Below are positions 1-11,170 of a DNA stretch of 35,303 nucleotides, one piece after another. The translations under genes were made by a program, and so were the position numbers. The notes under the pieces are model-generated. The model was not told where the DNA came from. It worked only from the letters and a program-made list of their open reading frames with translations, and ran no database searches. The stretch's first letter is position 1; each line of letters begins with the position of its first letter. Source of the DNA: Octopus bimaculoides (Eukaryota); assembly GCF_001194135.2 (NCBI RefSeq), contig NC_068990.1:32161959-32197261 (forward strand), written 5' to 3'.

Positions 1-360
1 ATTAATACGATATACACCGTTACAGCGCTAACTGTTTTCAACTGAATAGACATCAGTGATTAGTAGAAATTATCAAAATAAGACAATTTTTTACATGAAA
101 TAAATTCGAATACAAAAATATTTTTCTGTTCTATAACACAAAATAGATAGGTATACGAAGTTTGAAAGTCTTTCCGTACCGAAAACACTACATAAAACAT
201 AAATGAAAACTGGCGCACCATTTTAAAATAGATCCGAGCAATGTAGTCACTGACATGTTAGAAAAGGTAAAAAAGGGAAAAATAGAAGATAGTTATGGGA
301 ACAATTTTGATAAAATGTTTGAAACAGAATTGATTTTGCATTAAATAACAATAACTACGA
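1..360 (+). promoter_or_regulatory. CpG-retaining promoter-like region, probable RIC1 promoter with a possible non-coding first exon ending at 266
   Basis: 10 CpGs in 1-360 versus only one found in 361-3300; YY1-like GGCGCACCATTTT near 212-224; donor-like AAG|GTAAAA at 266/267. Confidence 0.45.
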
Positions 361-1248
361 ATTAGGTGAACTTTTTTTTTTGTAGTCAGACAAACTAAGG
401 CTTTGTTTATAAGCACAATGCCATGGCAGTAGTAGGGCCTGAATTTATAACCTTGTTTCACATAATTTCTAAGATTGACACAAGGTTGCTGTTTTTGTTG
501 AGGAGAGGTATAGGGGTTTGAATTGATCCTGTTACATGGTTGGTTCTTATTTTATTGATTGTGGTGGGAGGAACAGTAAAGTTGACCTCAGCAGAATTTG
601 AAATTAGAATGTAGATGTAACAAAATACCCTTGGTTATTTAGTCTTTCTCCCTCTCTTTATTTCTCTCTCTTTCTTTATCATTTTCCTTCATCTTTAAAC
701 TATTAACATATTTTCCCATATTCTTTACCTATTTCTCCTACTGTATGTTATATATTTCATTGTACAAATGAATAACTTAATAGAGGGAATCAGGGTAAGA
801 AGAAAAAGAAAGAAAGTGTCAGAGCAGAGAGAAAGAAAGAAAGAATAATGAAAGAGAAATATGGGTGATAGAAAGGTATATAGTGGACTGTGTGAGTGAG
901 TGAGTGAGAGAGAGAGAGACAGAGACAGACAGACTAGTGAATGGGAAAGAGAAACAAAAGATGATATCTAGATACAAAGCTCCTTCCCACCAACTCTTCA
1001 GCAAAAACAAAATGCAGAAAAAATTAAAACAAAAAAGAAAATTGAAAACAGGTTTTCATTAATTCTAAAAATATATGTAGGATCAGACTCACCCCACTTC
1101 TGTTTTAGTAAGTTGTTTCTGTGTCTTTNNNNNNNNNNAGCATCTGTGGTACCTTTTGTGCTAAGTTGCTATAACAAGATGTGGGGCAACTAATTGACTG
1201 TCAGGCTGTAAGTCTTTGAGAATTGCTCATGTAAATCATTCTGTAGAC

Positions 1249-1566
1249 CAGTGGTTCTCAACTGGGGTTCATATGGCCACTGAGGGTCCATATAACAATT
1301 TTGGGGGTCTACACAACAAAATAGTAAATTGGAAATCGACAATATTTTAAGGGCTCCTAAAAAAAGTTTACTTTAGAAGATGTATTTATTGGTATAACAT
1401 TTTACATAGTTCAACCTACACAAGTTAATGTGTGAATAACAAAATAGGAATTTTGAAAGAAGTATCTATAAAACTAGTTTTTAAACATTGAATGGCTATG
1501 AAGGGTCCACAAGAATAAAATAGTAATCCAAGGGGTCCATAGATAAAAAATGGTTGAGAACCCCTG
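1249..1566. mobile_element. hAT-type MITE (non-autonomous)
   Basis: TIRs CAGTGGTTCTCAAC / GTTGAGAACCCCTG (1 mismatch); 8-bp TSD CTGTAGAC (1241-1248) / CTCTAGAC (1567-1574). Confidence 0.85.
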
Positions 1567-1885
1567 CTCTAGACTGTACAAGAATTTTGCATAAGAGTCT
1601 TGTAACATTATATTGCTGTGTCACTTTTTTAGTTAAACAAATTATGCACTTATTGTATTTTCTGACATACAAGTCAAACTTTTAAAACTAAAATTTATAG
1701 CCCAAAACAGTTGGTCAGCTTATACACCAAAATGACTTGGGAGGACCAAAAATTCCATGTGAAATTTTTGGAAAGATGGTAATGATTTTTGAATGTTTAT
1801 ACTACTACATGTTTATAGTATATTCTACATCAAACTTGTTTGCTGGAAAATACAGTACTTGTTCTATGAAAAGAAGTCATTGAAA

Positions 1886-2279
1886 NNNNNNNNNNNNNNN
1901 NNNNNNNNNNNNNNNNNNNNNNNNNNNNNNNNNNNNNNNNNNNNNNNNNNNNNNNNNNNNNNNNNNNNNNNNNNNNNNNNNNNNNNNNNNNNNNNNNNNN
2001 NNNNNNNNNNNNNNNNNNNNNNNNNNNNNNNNNNNNNNNNNNNNNNNNNNNNNNNNNNNNNNNNNNNNNNNNNNNNNNNNNNNNNNNNNNNNNNNNNNNN
2101 NNNNNNNNNNNNNNNNNNNNNNNNNNNNNNNNNNNNNNNNNNNNNNNNNNNNNNNNNNNNNNNNNNNNNNNNNNNNNNNNNNNNNNNNNNNNNNNNNNNN
2201 NNNNNNNNNNNNNNNNNNNNNNNNNNNNNNNNNNNNNNNNNNNNNNNNNNNNNNNNNNNNNNNNNNNNNNNNNNNNNNN
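1886..2279. other. Assembly gap (394 N) followed by poly-A
   Basis: Directly visible; 10-N gaps also at 1129-1138 and 15634-15643. Confidence 1.
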
Positions 2280-2313
<34 letters not shown>

Positions 2314-2775
2314 CAAATAAACAAAACAAAAAAAAGCAAACAAATAAACAAAAATGTGAATGTGTGCTGGTATGAAAAGTTCATGAAACTTGTTATTACC
2401 TTTGTCTTTTATATAGAAAATGAATTTTTCAATTAGATTTAATGTTTATTATCAATAACTTGCAGAACATTTTAACATGGGGGTACCACATATATAGAAT
2501 GGCTGAAGAAAATACCCAGGAACACATGCAGCATGAAAACTTCATAGTAAAGTAGGTTCTAGTGCACTTGATATACTAAGGCAAAAAATATTTGATTGTA
2601 AGCTATCTTTATGTTGACATAAATCATCATTACATATATTTTTATAATGATGATTATGTGTTGATGTTTATATATGTCACCAAAACCTTCTTTTCTATTA
2701 CCCACCCTAAGTAGGTCAAGCTACTGAGATTTTGGTGTGTAATAATTTTGAAAACAAAACAAAATGTTGTCAATG

Positions 2776-2848
2776 TATCAAAGCCCAGGATTGAACCAGA
2801 AACCTTTAAAAGTTCAGGTCAATGCCCTCTCAACTGAGATATTTCAGT
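2776..2848 (-). pseudogene. Decayed tRNA-Phe(GAA) pseudogene
   Basis: Reverse complement ACTGAAATATCTCAGTTGAGAGGGCATTGACCTGAACTTTTAAAGGTTTCTGGTTCAATCCTGGGCTTTGATA aligns ungapped at 53/73 to the remembered metazoan tRNA-Phe; GAA anticodon kept, acceptor and anticodon stems broken. Confidence 0.85.
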
Positions 2849-3250
2849 TACCTGCAAATGTCATCCTAATTTTAGAAATATATATGTCATTAAAATGAGA
2901 ATATTTTACTAATACAAGGGATATTGTAAATAATGAACAGAGAAAAAAAAACACTTTCTAAATTAAAAAGTAGTTAAAAATAAAATAGGTTTGTTTTTGT
3001 ATATTTTTCTACATTCTTTTGCATATTTTAAATCTGCCAGAATTCTGTCTATTTAGATAATTCAACAGATGTATTTTCAACCACAACTGATCTGAGGTTG
3101 TATGATAATATATCAAGCTTTATTTTGAAGTGTTGAAAGAAAAATTGAGTAGCTAAAAAAAGCAGCCAAATTTTCCCTCAGTCTTAGATAAGAAAGGATC
3201 TATTGGAAAATGTAATCTCATATTTAGAAAAAAAAAAAAAAAAAAGTAAA

Positions 3251-3444
3251 GGTGTATGGCTCTGTGGTTAGAACACCAGGCTCACAACCATGAGGTAGTG
3301 AGTTCAATTCCCGGACTGGGCTCTGTGTTGTGTTCTTGAGCAAGACACTTTATTTTATGTTGCTCCAGTTTACTCAGCTGTAGAAATGAGTTATGACATC
3401 ACTGGTGCCAAGCTGTATTGGCCTTTGCCTTCCCCTTGGATAAC
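3251..3444 (+). mobile_element. tRNA-headed SINE with CORE-like central domain
   Basis: A-box-like TGGCTCTGTGGTTAG, B-box GAGTTCAATTCC, then TTGAGCAAGACACTT...CTCAGCTGTAGAAATGAG resembling the CORE domain. Confidence 0.75.
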
Positions 3445-4188
3445 AAGAGGGCTTCCTTTTTTCAGAAAGATCAGTTTAGGTGACATTGGTCTAGTGATAA
3501 CTCAGTGGCAGAAGATCCTGTAAGGAAGCATGTCACATAGTAAAGCAGGAATGTTTTTAAATGTCACTTAGTGTTCAGTACCCAGTATTTGGTGCATTTG
3601 CAACATCAGTACTTAAGACATGGGGTGGTGTGAAATAGATTATGTGTTATAGAGAGAGAGAGAAAGAGAGAGTTTAATGTGCGATGGTCAGTTACTGTGA
3701 CATGGATGTGGTGATAACTCAGTGAGAACAGATGGTTGGTGAAGTCATGCCACGTGTTAAACTAGGCAGAATGTTCATGTCACTTAATCACCAATGTGTT
3801 GTGTTTGGCAAAGATGTGTTAGGCTTGTTGGCTGGATTATTGAATTGCAGAAATGGAGGGCAGTAATCTCTGTGCACAGCTTGCATAGAATGACATAATC
3901 ATATATACATACATATATATATAGTCATTGTTTTGATATCCACTTTTCCGAGCTTGCTTGGGTTAGATGGAATTCATCGAGGCAGATTTTCTAAAGCTGG
4001 TTGCTTTTCCCCTCAACAACCCTCATCTGTTTCCAAACAAGGAAATATTTCCCCATGGCTAGATATATTTTCATCGAGGAATGGAAATGAGCAATGTTGT
4101 TTATATGACAGTGATGCTTGTTTACAAAAATACTCTCATATATATACTCTCATATATATACAACAACAGAGAGAGAGAGAGAGAGAAT

Positions 4189-4344
4189 GGATTCCTTTCA
4201 GTTTCCAGCTACCAAATCCACTCACAAATCTTTTTTGTCGATCTGGTGCTATAACAGAAGGTACTTGCTCATGGTGTTATGCAGTAGAACTGAACCTCAA
4301 AGTCACCTGGTTGGGAAGAAAACTTCTTAACCACAGTCATGCTT
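4189..4344 (-). mobile_element. tRNA-headed SINE, 5' half (family of 21633-22020)
   Basis: Shares CTTTCAGTTTCC..CTACCAAATCCACTCACAA and the head with the full copy at 21633-22020. Confidence 0.75.
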
Positions 4345-4348
4345 AGAC

Positions 4349-4399
<51 letters not shown>

Positions 4400-4412
4400 G
4401 TGTGTGTGTGTT

Positions 4413-4623
4413 GAGCTGGCAGAAATGTTAGCATGCTGGGCGAAATGCTTAGTGGTATTTCGTCTGTCTTTACATTCTTAGTTCAAATTCCACTGAGGTC
4501 AACTTTGCCTTTCATCCTTTCAGGGTCGCTAAATCAAGTACCAGTCGTGCACTGGGGTTGATCTAATCAACAGGCCCTCTCCCCCAAAATTTCAGGCTTT
4601 GTGCCGAGAATAGAAAAGATTAT
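4413..4623 (+). mobile_element. SINE with MetaSINE-like central domain
   Basis: GAGCTGGCAGAA head and GTCAACTTTGCCTTTCATCCTTTCAGGGTC...AAGTACCAG core; homologous to 20568-20800, 20870-21081 and 26830-27043. Confidence 0.75.
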
Positions 4624-5884
4624 GAATAACAGAAAACTGTCTGAAGAGCAATGTCTCTTCTAGTACATATGTTAATATAGGACATTGAAATACAATATCC
4701 TTCCCTAATATCGAAGAGGACACCATATACAAAGAATATAAACTGAAAACATTTTAATTATTTTTATTTCAACTGATTTGTGCATTGATAATTCTTGTGA
4801 TTTTCTTGGAAACTAAATGAGACAGGAACATAAATAACTGAAGTTCTTTGTAAAATTTATTATGTATCTGATTTAGAAGTTTCTTTAAATATTCTTTAAA
4901 GTTAGAGCTACAGAGTGTGGAGATAATAACCTGCAGTTCCTTTGCTCTTAGCTTATTATCATTGTCTTGAAATGTAATGCCATTTTCCATTCAATTATAT
5001 TGGTTATTATTAACAATTTGGATACCTTTTGTGATGTTTAGCCTTTTTACTATAAAAAGCAAATATATTCACTCAAAATTTCATGACCCTTTACTGCTGA
5101 AAACAGTTTTATATACTAATCTATCTTTTGTTGAGGTAAGTCAGGTTTCAAACAATTTTCTGTTGAGATACGTCAAATTTACTGAGGCAATGTGACTTAC
5201 AGAAAATGCAACTTCTATTTTTTGGTAGATGTTTAGCATCATTATTGGAATAACCATGACATGAAATTTTGCAGGTAAAGGGTTAATTGGTATATAATGG
5301 CAACGTCTGATGTATTTTGTGAATGAGTTAATTCTAAATGTTATCAGAATCGTTAACTTCCTCACATTCTAATAGTTAATTATTACCTCACATAACTATT
5401 CTAACAGAAAGTCACATTACTGATGAAGTATCAAAATATTAGCTATAGTATCTAGATAGCTCTGTTGTTCATTTATCACACTTTGGTTGGTTTATATTCT
5501 GTGAGAATACATCAGGATTGCTCCGTTGTTAGTTTATCACACCTTGGTTCATTTGTGCTCTTTTAAAAATTCTAAATAGTCATACCATTTAACCTCACTC
5601 CAGTTAATAACTATTGATTTACTTACTCTGTTCTGAAGGATTATATGTAGTTGTATTTAATTGTGATTGATTTCTTTTTTTGTGCGCGTGTGTGTATTTG
5701 TTTACTGAAAGATAATCTCATGATCCATTTCATGTCACTGAATAGATAAAAAACCCAAAACAAAACAAACTCACTAGCAACAGCACCATCACAGTACTGA
5801 TGTTCTTAGATATTGTTCTCTTTGTTTTCATGAATTTGGTGTTCATTTATTTGTTTTTACATTTTAGCATATATTAGACAGATA

Positions 5885-5974
5885 TGGTGTAGCCATCTGG
5901 TTCACCAGTCCTCAGTCAAATCGTCCAACCCATGCTAGCATGGAAAGCGGACGTTAAATGATGATGATGATGAT
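5885..5974 (+). mobile_element. Extreme 3' end of an RTE-type LINE with (GAT)n tail, 5'-truncated to about 90 bp
   Basis: Near-identical to 30741-30840 (CACCAGTCCTCAGTCAA..CGTCCAACCCATGCTAGCATGGAAAG..GGACGTTAAA-(TGA)n). Confidence 0.8.
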
Positions 5975-6189
5975 ATATTACTGAAACATTGATTTGCAGC
6001 CAGATGCTCTTCTTGTTAAAGACTCTTACCTGTTTTTCAAGTAAAGGATGTCTTATTTCATATGTCTTTGAAGGCACAAAGCCAGCAGATGATTTGTTGG
6101 TCAGGATAAATGATAAAAACATGATTGCTGTAGCTTGCAACTTTCTGAGAAACACAAATGTAAACACACACACATGTATGCACACTCCC

Positions 6190-6325
6190 CTCCAAATCCA
6201 CACATAAGGGTTTAGTTGGCCCAGGGTTAAAGTGGAAGACATTTGCTCTTGGTGCTGTGCAGTGGGACTGAACCAAAACCACATGATAGAGAATCAAATT
6301 TGTTAGCCACACATCAATGCCTGTG
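6190..6325 (-). mobile_element. Degenerate SINE head (family of 21633-22020)
   Basis: CCAAATCCACAC..AAG...GAAGACATTTGCTC..GGTGCTGTGCAGTGGGACTGAACC matches 21899-21985. Confidence 0.6.
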
Positions 6326-6547
6326 CTTAGTGATCCATACCTGAGTCTATTAACTGGTTATTTGATTACTGCTATCTCAAAAAGAAGCATTGTGTTCCTT
6401 GGTAGGCCTGTTGTTCTGCTTGTTTTAGTCAACATACCTGAAACATTGGTAGTACTTTATACATGAAAAGCTGGTGATGGGAAAAGTATGTTTTTATGCA
6501 GACAAATATATGTACATAAAAGTTTTATTATAATCACTGCTCCAGAG

Positions 6548-6624
6548 CAGTGATTCTCAACCATTTTTTGCCTATGGACTCCTTTGATTCTTAATCTACT
6601 CTACTGGACCTCCATAGCCATTCA

Positions 6625-6663
<39 letters not shown>

Positions 6664-6815
6664 ATGATCTTACTGAATTTTTATAATTAAATATTGTTAG
6701 AAACTGTATAAAAAAAATTAAAATATTTTGGGTATTGTAGAAGTAAAACCAATTGTAGATAAATTTTAATAAAATCTTATATAGACTGCCAAAGACCATA
6801 TGGACCCCAGTTGAG
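6548..6815. mobile_element. hAT-type MITE, same family as 1249-1566 in opposite orientation, with internal (TA)n expansion
   Basis: Left TIR CAGTGATTCTCAAC preceded by CTCCAGAG; 6548-6625 is the reverse complement of about 1490-1566; right TIR truncated (CCCCAGTTGAG) then CTAGAG. Confidence 0.75.
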
Positions 6816-8942
6816 TACTAGAGATTATCTGTAATTTTGGTTATGTAAGACCGGTGTGATTTTAGGTGAGTTGGTATTGAAAGAGTTATGAGTGACTCAC
6901 AAGTCTAGTACAATAGCTATGATATAGAATGATGTTGCGTATTCTTTCATGCAATATTTTCTATTGTTCTGAGTATTGTGATAATCAGAGCATTTACCCT
7001 CCAATTTATTGAACAACCTGTTTTAGTTCATCTGGAGATCCATTTGGTAACTGTAGTGGGAGCAGTATAAACAGACTTGGTGGGCACATACTAATCTTGA
7101 CTAGTTAGTATATATTATTAGTATTTGGCAGCTGAGCAAACAGATTGAGTTGAGAGAGGAAATTAGTTTTTCAGTTGTTTTATTATGTATGTTTTCTTAA
7201 ATATATTTTGTGGGTGAATGAGTGTATAATGTTAAAGATGTAGTATTCGGGTGTATACATCAAGTGGCTTGTAAGTTTGTAAGTCAATCTATTAAAACGT
7301 GATGTACAGGTTTGAACAAACTGAAACCATGAATTTTCACCTCTTGTATGTCCAGGTGACTCTTGAATTTAAGTATTTTGTTTTGGAGATGTTCTATGGG
7401 TATGTATCGCTCCTTATTAGTAAAAGACTGTTTTAAATGGTTAGTCCTATGCTGAAATTTGTGGCAGTGTTTAGGACATGACGCAAAAATCTAGCAAAGT
7501 TCATAAAACACTTGACGTAATTGTTTGAGAATCTATTTTGTGTTGTGTGTTAAAAGTTTTTGTTTATCTTTGTTGGTTATAACTTCTGTGTTTTTATTGG
7601 TATGCATGTGTGTGTGTACAAGTTGATGACATTAAGTGGGCTATGCAATATGAAGTGTACTTTTTAACTTTTCCTACGAGTAGTGTTAACAGTGGAATTT
7701 TGTAGTAGTTCCTCAATTCTCTCATGATTGTAGATTTTTAACTTATCCAGATATTGTTGCTGTTGACAGTATTGTTGCAATCTTTAGTTTAATGTGGGAG
7801 GATATGATTATGATATGAGTTTCGGATGGATTGTGTGATTGTAGATAAAAAAAGCTATGATATCATAGATCCTTTATAGGATTCTATTTATGAAACTGGA
7901 TCTGGAGCAATTTGTTTAATAATAAACAACATTGTCTTGCTCGAATATTTCTTGAAAGCTTTACTGGTGTCAATTGTGCTGAGAATATTATTGTTTGCTT
8001 GCAGTAGTTCAGTCCTTGTTGAAAATATCTAATAGTTGGTGTTAATTAAAAAGCAGTGTAATGGATGAGTGTAAATGGTCGATGTCATTCTTTAGTTTGT
8101 CAAGGCCATGCTGGAGTGCCATTGAGTGGTTCTGGGTAGCAAAAAGACTGTGTAGGTTGGTTGTGTAGAGGGTAAGTTTTTGGAAATGCTATCATGTGCA
8201 AGAGGTCAATGTAACAGTGACTTAATGGGAGCTTTATTTTATTAGCTCTTTGGCAGTATTAGTAGTAGTTTAAATAAAACATATAAGTAATTAAATATAT
8301 CAGTTGGTATGAGTAGCACTTAATATGTATTAGTACTGTGAGTCTAAAGTTCTAAAGTACCACATTGCTGTTGGTTAGCCTTGGGTCAATACTGATGGAG
8401 TAAATCATATTGGCAGTTGGTTGGACAACAAAGGACACCTCAGTTGTTCCAGTACTCCAAATATATTTTCTCTTCACATAGTTATTGATCTCATTGCACA
8501 TATATGCAGTAGTTGCACATATTGATATGCAGTAGTCTATCACAAGGGATGCATTGTTACAGACTGCAGGCTGTTTCTGTATGCCTGCAGGTTCTTGTGG
8601 TGGCTGCGGTGGAGGCAGTTGAAGTGAACTTGATCAAAGTGTAAGTTATTGTTCTCTGCACTTGTCATGGGTGGTGTACATCCCAAAACAGTTTTTGAGA
8701 CTAATGGTGGTGTTGATGATGATGCTTTTATGTATGTATGTATGTGTGTGTGTCTTTTATGTTAGTCTGAACTAAGTGAGAAAGTTAGTGTTCATAGGAT
8801 GTAATTATAATTGTGTTCTGGCATGTTATAGATGTTTATGGGTTTATACAGTGAGGGTTGGCACTGGTTGTAGAAAGAAATTGTGCTTCTTTTGTCCAAG
8901 TGGTCTGTGTTATTGTATTTCTGTATTGTTATTTAGCCTTAG

Positions 8943-9331
8943 TGGAAGTGCAATGGCCCAGTGGTTAAGGCAGCGGGCTCACGGTCATAGGATCGCGGTT
9001 TCGATTCCCAGACCAGGCGTTGTGAGTGTTTATTGAGCGAAAACACCTAAAAGCTCCACGAGGCTCCGGCAGGGGATGGTGGCGAACCCTGCTGTACTCT
9101 TCTTTTACCACAACTTTCTCTCACTCTTACTTCCTGTTTCTGTTGTGCCTGTAATTCAAAGGGTCAGCCTTGTCACACTCTGTGTCACGCTGAATATCCC
9201 CGAGAACTACGTTAAGGGTACACGTGCCTGTGGAGTGCTCAGCCACTTGCACGTTAATTTCACGAACAGGCTGTTCCGTTGATCGGATCAACTGGAACCC
9301 TTGACATCGTAAGCGATGGAGTGCCAACAAC
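8943..9331 (+). mobile_element. Full-length tRNA-headed SINE (about 390 bp, tail X ending in (ACA)n)
   Basis: A box TGGCCCAGTGGTTAAG, B box GGTTTCGATTCC; 12-bp TSD ATTTAGCCTTAG (8931-8942, 9332-9343); homologous to 14556-14939 and 24970-25354. Confidence 0.9.
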
Positions 9332-9479
9332 ATTTAGCCTTAGGTCAACTATGATTGAACAAACCTATGATCAAAGGTGTTCTATTGGTGACATTGCTAT
9401 CTTATTTTTGCAAATATAATGCATCAAGGACTACATTATTCAATATATGTTTTGATCAGCTCACACCCTAAGCATGTGT

Positions 9480-10060
9480 GAGAGTACTATTTTGTGTTTG
9501 CTGTAGAGAGATTGGAGACTTAGTTAAAATTATAATAATTCGTGATGGACCAATAAATTTTTTATGCTAGTGTTGATCATTTGTGTTGGTTAAATGCTGT
9601 ATCTATGAGTTTCCAATGTGTCTTTTTCCTTCACAATATCTTGTAACATGAATACTGAAAGTTGTAAATCTGTTGTATAATTCCTAGTAGTTTCACCTTG
9701 TATATGTGGTATGTTTATATTGTTGCTCTTGTGTAACCTTCATGTCAGCCTTAACTGAGCAGACCAATGATAAGAGGCATTCCAGGCATGACATCGCACA
9801 TTTTTAAGAGTATCTAAGACTACATTATCTAATGTCTTTTACTTTTGAGACAGCAGTGTGTGGTTTGAGTGAGATTTAGTTTGTATTTCTAGCATGTTGA
9901 GTATCTGCATGAATGCTCCTTTACTGAGTTATTGTTGGTGAGTGTTATGGTTGGTAGTATCTGATATGTTTTGGTTTTACTGGTAAGAAGAGAAATGATA
10001 GGTATGGTTGGTGCTATATTTTCTAGGTTATAGGACATATAAACATTTTTCAGACTGATA
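9480..10060 (-). mobile_element. Highly degenerate retroelement coding remnant, possibly Penelope-like
   Basis: Minus-strand fragments RKYSTNHTYHFSSYQ and IPHIQGE weakly echo Penelope RT-thumb (YRKPTHT..YL.F.S.HP) and linker (PY..G..E) motifs; many stops. Confidence 0.3.
9742..9915. repeat. Unclassified dispersed repeat (other copies about 9344-9455 and 11325-11430)
   Basis: Shared GACTACATTAT, GGTCA..C..A.TGA.CA.ACC.ATGAT and GAG.TTT.G.TG.TA.TTC.AGCA.G.TGAG blocks between copies. Confidence 0.5.
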
Positions 10061-10149
10061 TAAACACAGACATAACACATGCAGACACATATCTATATCT
10101 ACTTGCCTTTTCACATTCACATGCACAAACTTACACACTCACACACATT

Positions 10150-10315
10150 TGCTGATGGTTTCACAGTTTCTGTTTGCTAAATTCCATTTGCAAGGTTATG
10201 GGTCAATCCAGAACTATAGTAGAAAGTACTTGCCCAAAGTACTGTGCAGGGAGATCAAATAATGGGCCTCAGGGTTGTGAAGTAAACTTCTTGACTGCAC
10301 AGTCATCCATGCACC
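10150..10315 (-). mobile_element. Old degenerate SINE head (family of 21633-22020)
   Basis: CAGTTTCTGTTTGCTAAATTCCA..TGCAAGG...ACTATAGTAGAAAGTACTTGCCCAA matches the family core. Confidence 0.55.
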
Positions 10316-10949
10316 TATATATCCAATATGTTTCATATTGCTGATTTTTATTCCAAATTCTTGCAGTTCTAGTGTGTCATGTTTTGTTAGTGCTTGAGTG
10401 CCACTTGTGAGATGGATATATTAGATGTATGAATTCAGGTTTGTTATAAAGCTACCACCATAGTTTGGTCAGCCTTATGTTATCAGGATGTAATTAAGAA
10501 TTTGAAAGGTTTTGCATTAGAGTTACAGCATTGTTTCTTGTATTATTGGAATGTTTGAAGACTACAAGTGTTTATAATTTTTTGTTATCTTTATGTGGTT
10601 GCTCTTAATTTTAAATGTGATGTCCTCAGGCTTTGGTATGCTGGTGGTTCTTGTTGCTTTCATAGCATTGTGTGATGCAAGTTTGTTGTTGGTGTTGACT
10701 TACATAGGGAGATAATGGCAGTATATCTAGTTTTCTGTGTTGGTTATACTGAAGTTCCCTAACTTTGTCATGTGTAGAGTCAATAAATCTGAATTTTTCC
10801 CACACCGTGTTAATCTGCATATTAGTGTGCATTTTTTTAGTGATGTTTTTTTTTTCATTCTCCCATTTGTCAGTGTCCTAGTTGTTTCTTATTTAAAGTT
10901 CTTGCTCATCTAAACATTTCAGAGGACCATGTCTAGCTTGCACATCTCA

Positions 10950-11170
10950 GTTTTGGCATGGTTTCCCTCTTTGGATGCCCTTACAAATGCCAATTGCTTT
11001 ACAGATTATAACGGGTGAACTTTATCATAGCACCAGAACCAGTAAGGTTGTCTGCCCTTGGCAAGACTTAAGAGTTCTGTTGACCCTGTGGTGTCTTTGC
11101 TTAACTCACTAATCATTTTACAGAATGTGGCACCAGCACTAGTGAAGTTGCTTTGTAACTTGCAAGGCAA
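10950..11170 (-). mobile_element. Fragments of an RTE-type 3' UTR or RTE-tailed SINE
   Basis: GGCATGGTTTC...GGATGCCCTT...AATGCCAA is the reverse complement of the GTTGACGTTAGGAAGGGCATCCAGCTGTAGAAAC motif at about 30683-30716. Confidence 0.55.

Noticed and set aside
1701-1778. Exon-like segment tttatag|CCCAAA...AAGATG|gtaatg with open frames
   Set aside because: No resemblance to the RIC1 N-terminus or any protein I recognise.
1793-2384. Four long ORFs in the ORF track
   Set aside because: Artefacts of the N gap and adjacent poly-A.
4977-5195. 72-aa ORF with a GAG|GTAAGT donor at 5135
   Set aside because: No MYF..GWP or other RIC1 similarity; typical AT-rich chance ORF.
5420-5470. CTGATGA hammerhead core words here and near 12300, 19945 and 32320
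   Set aside because: No stem II followed by GAAA at any of them.
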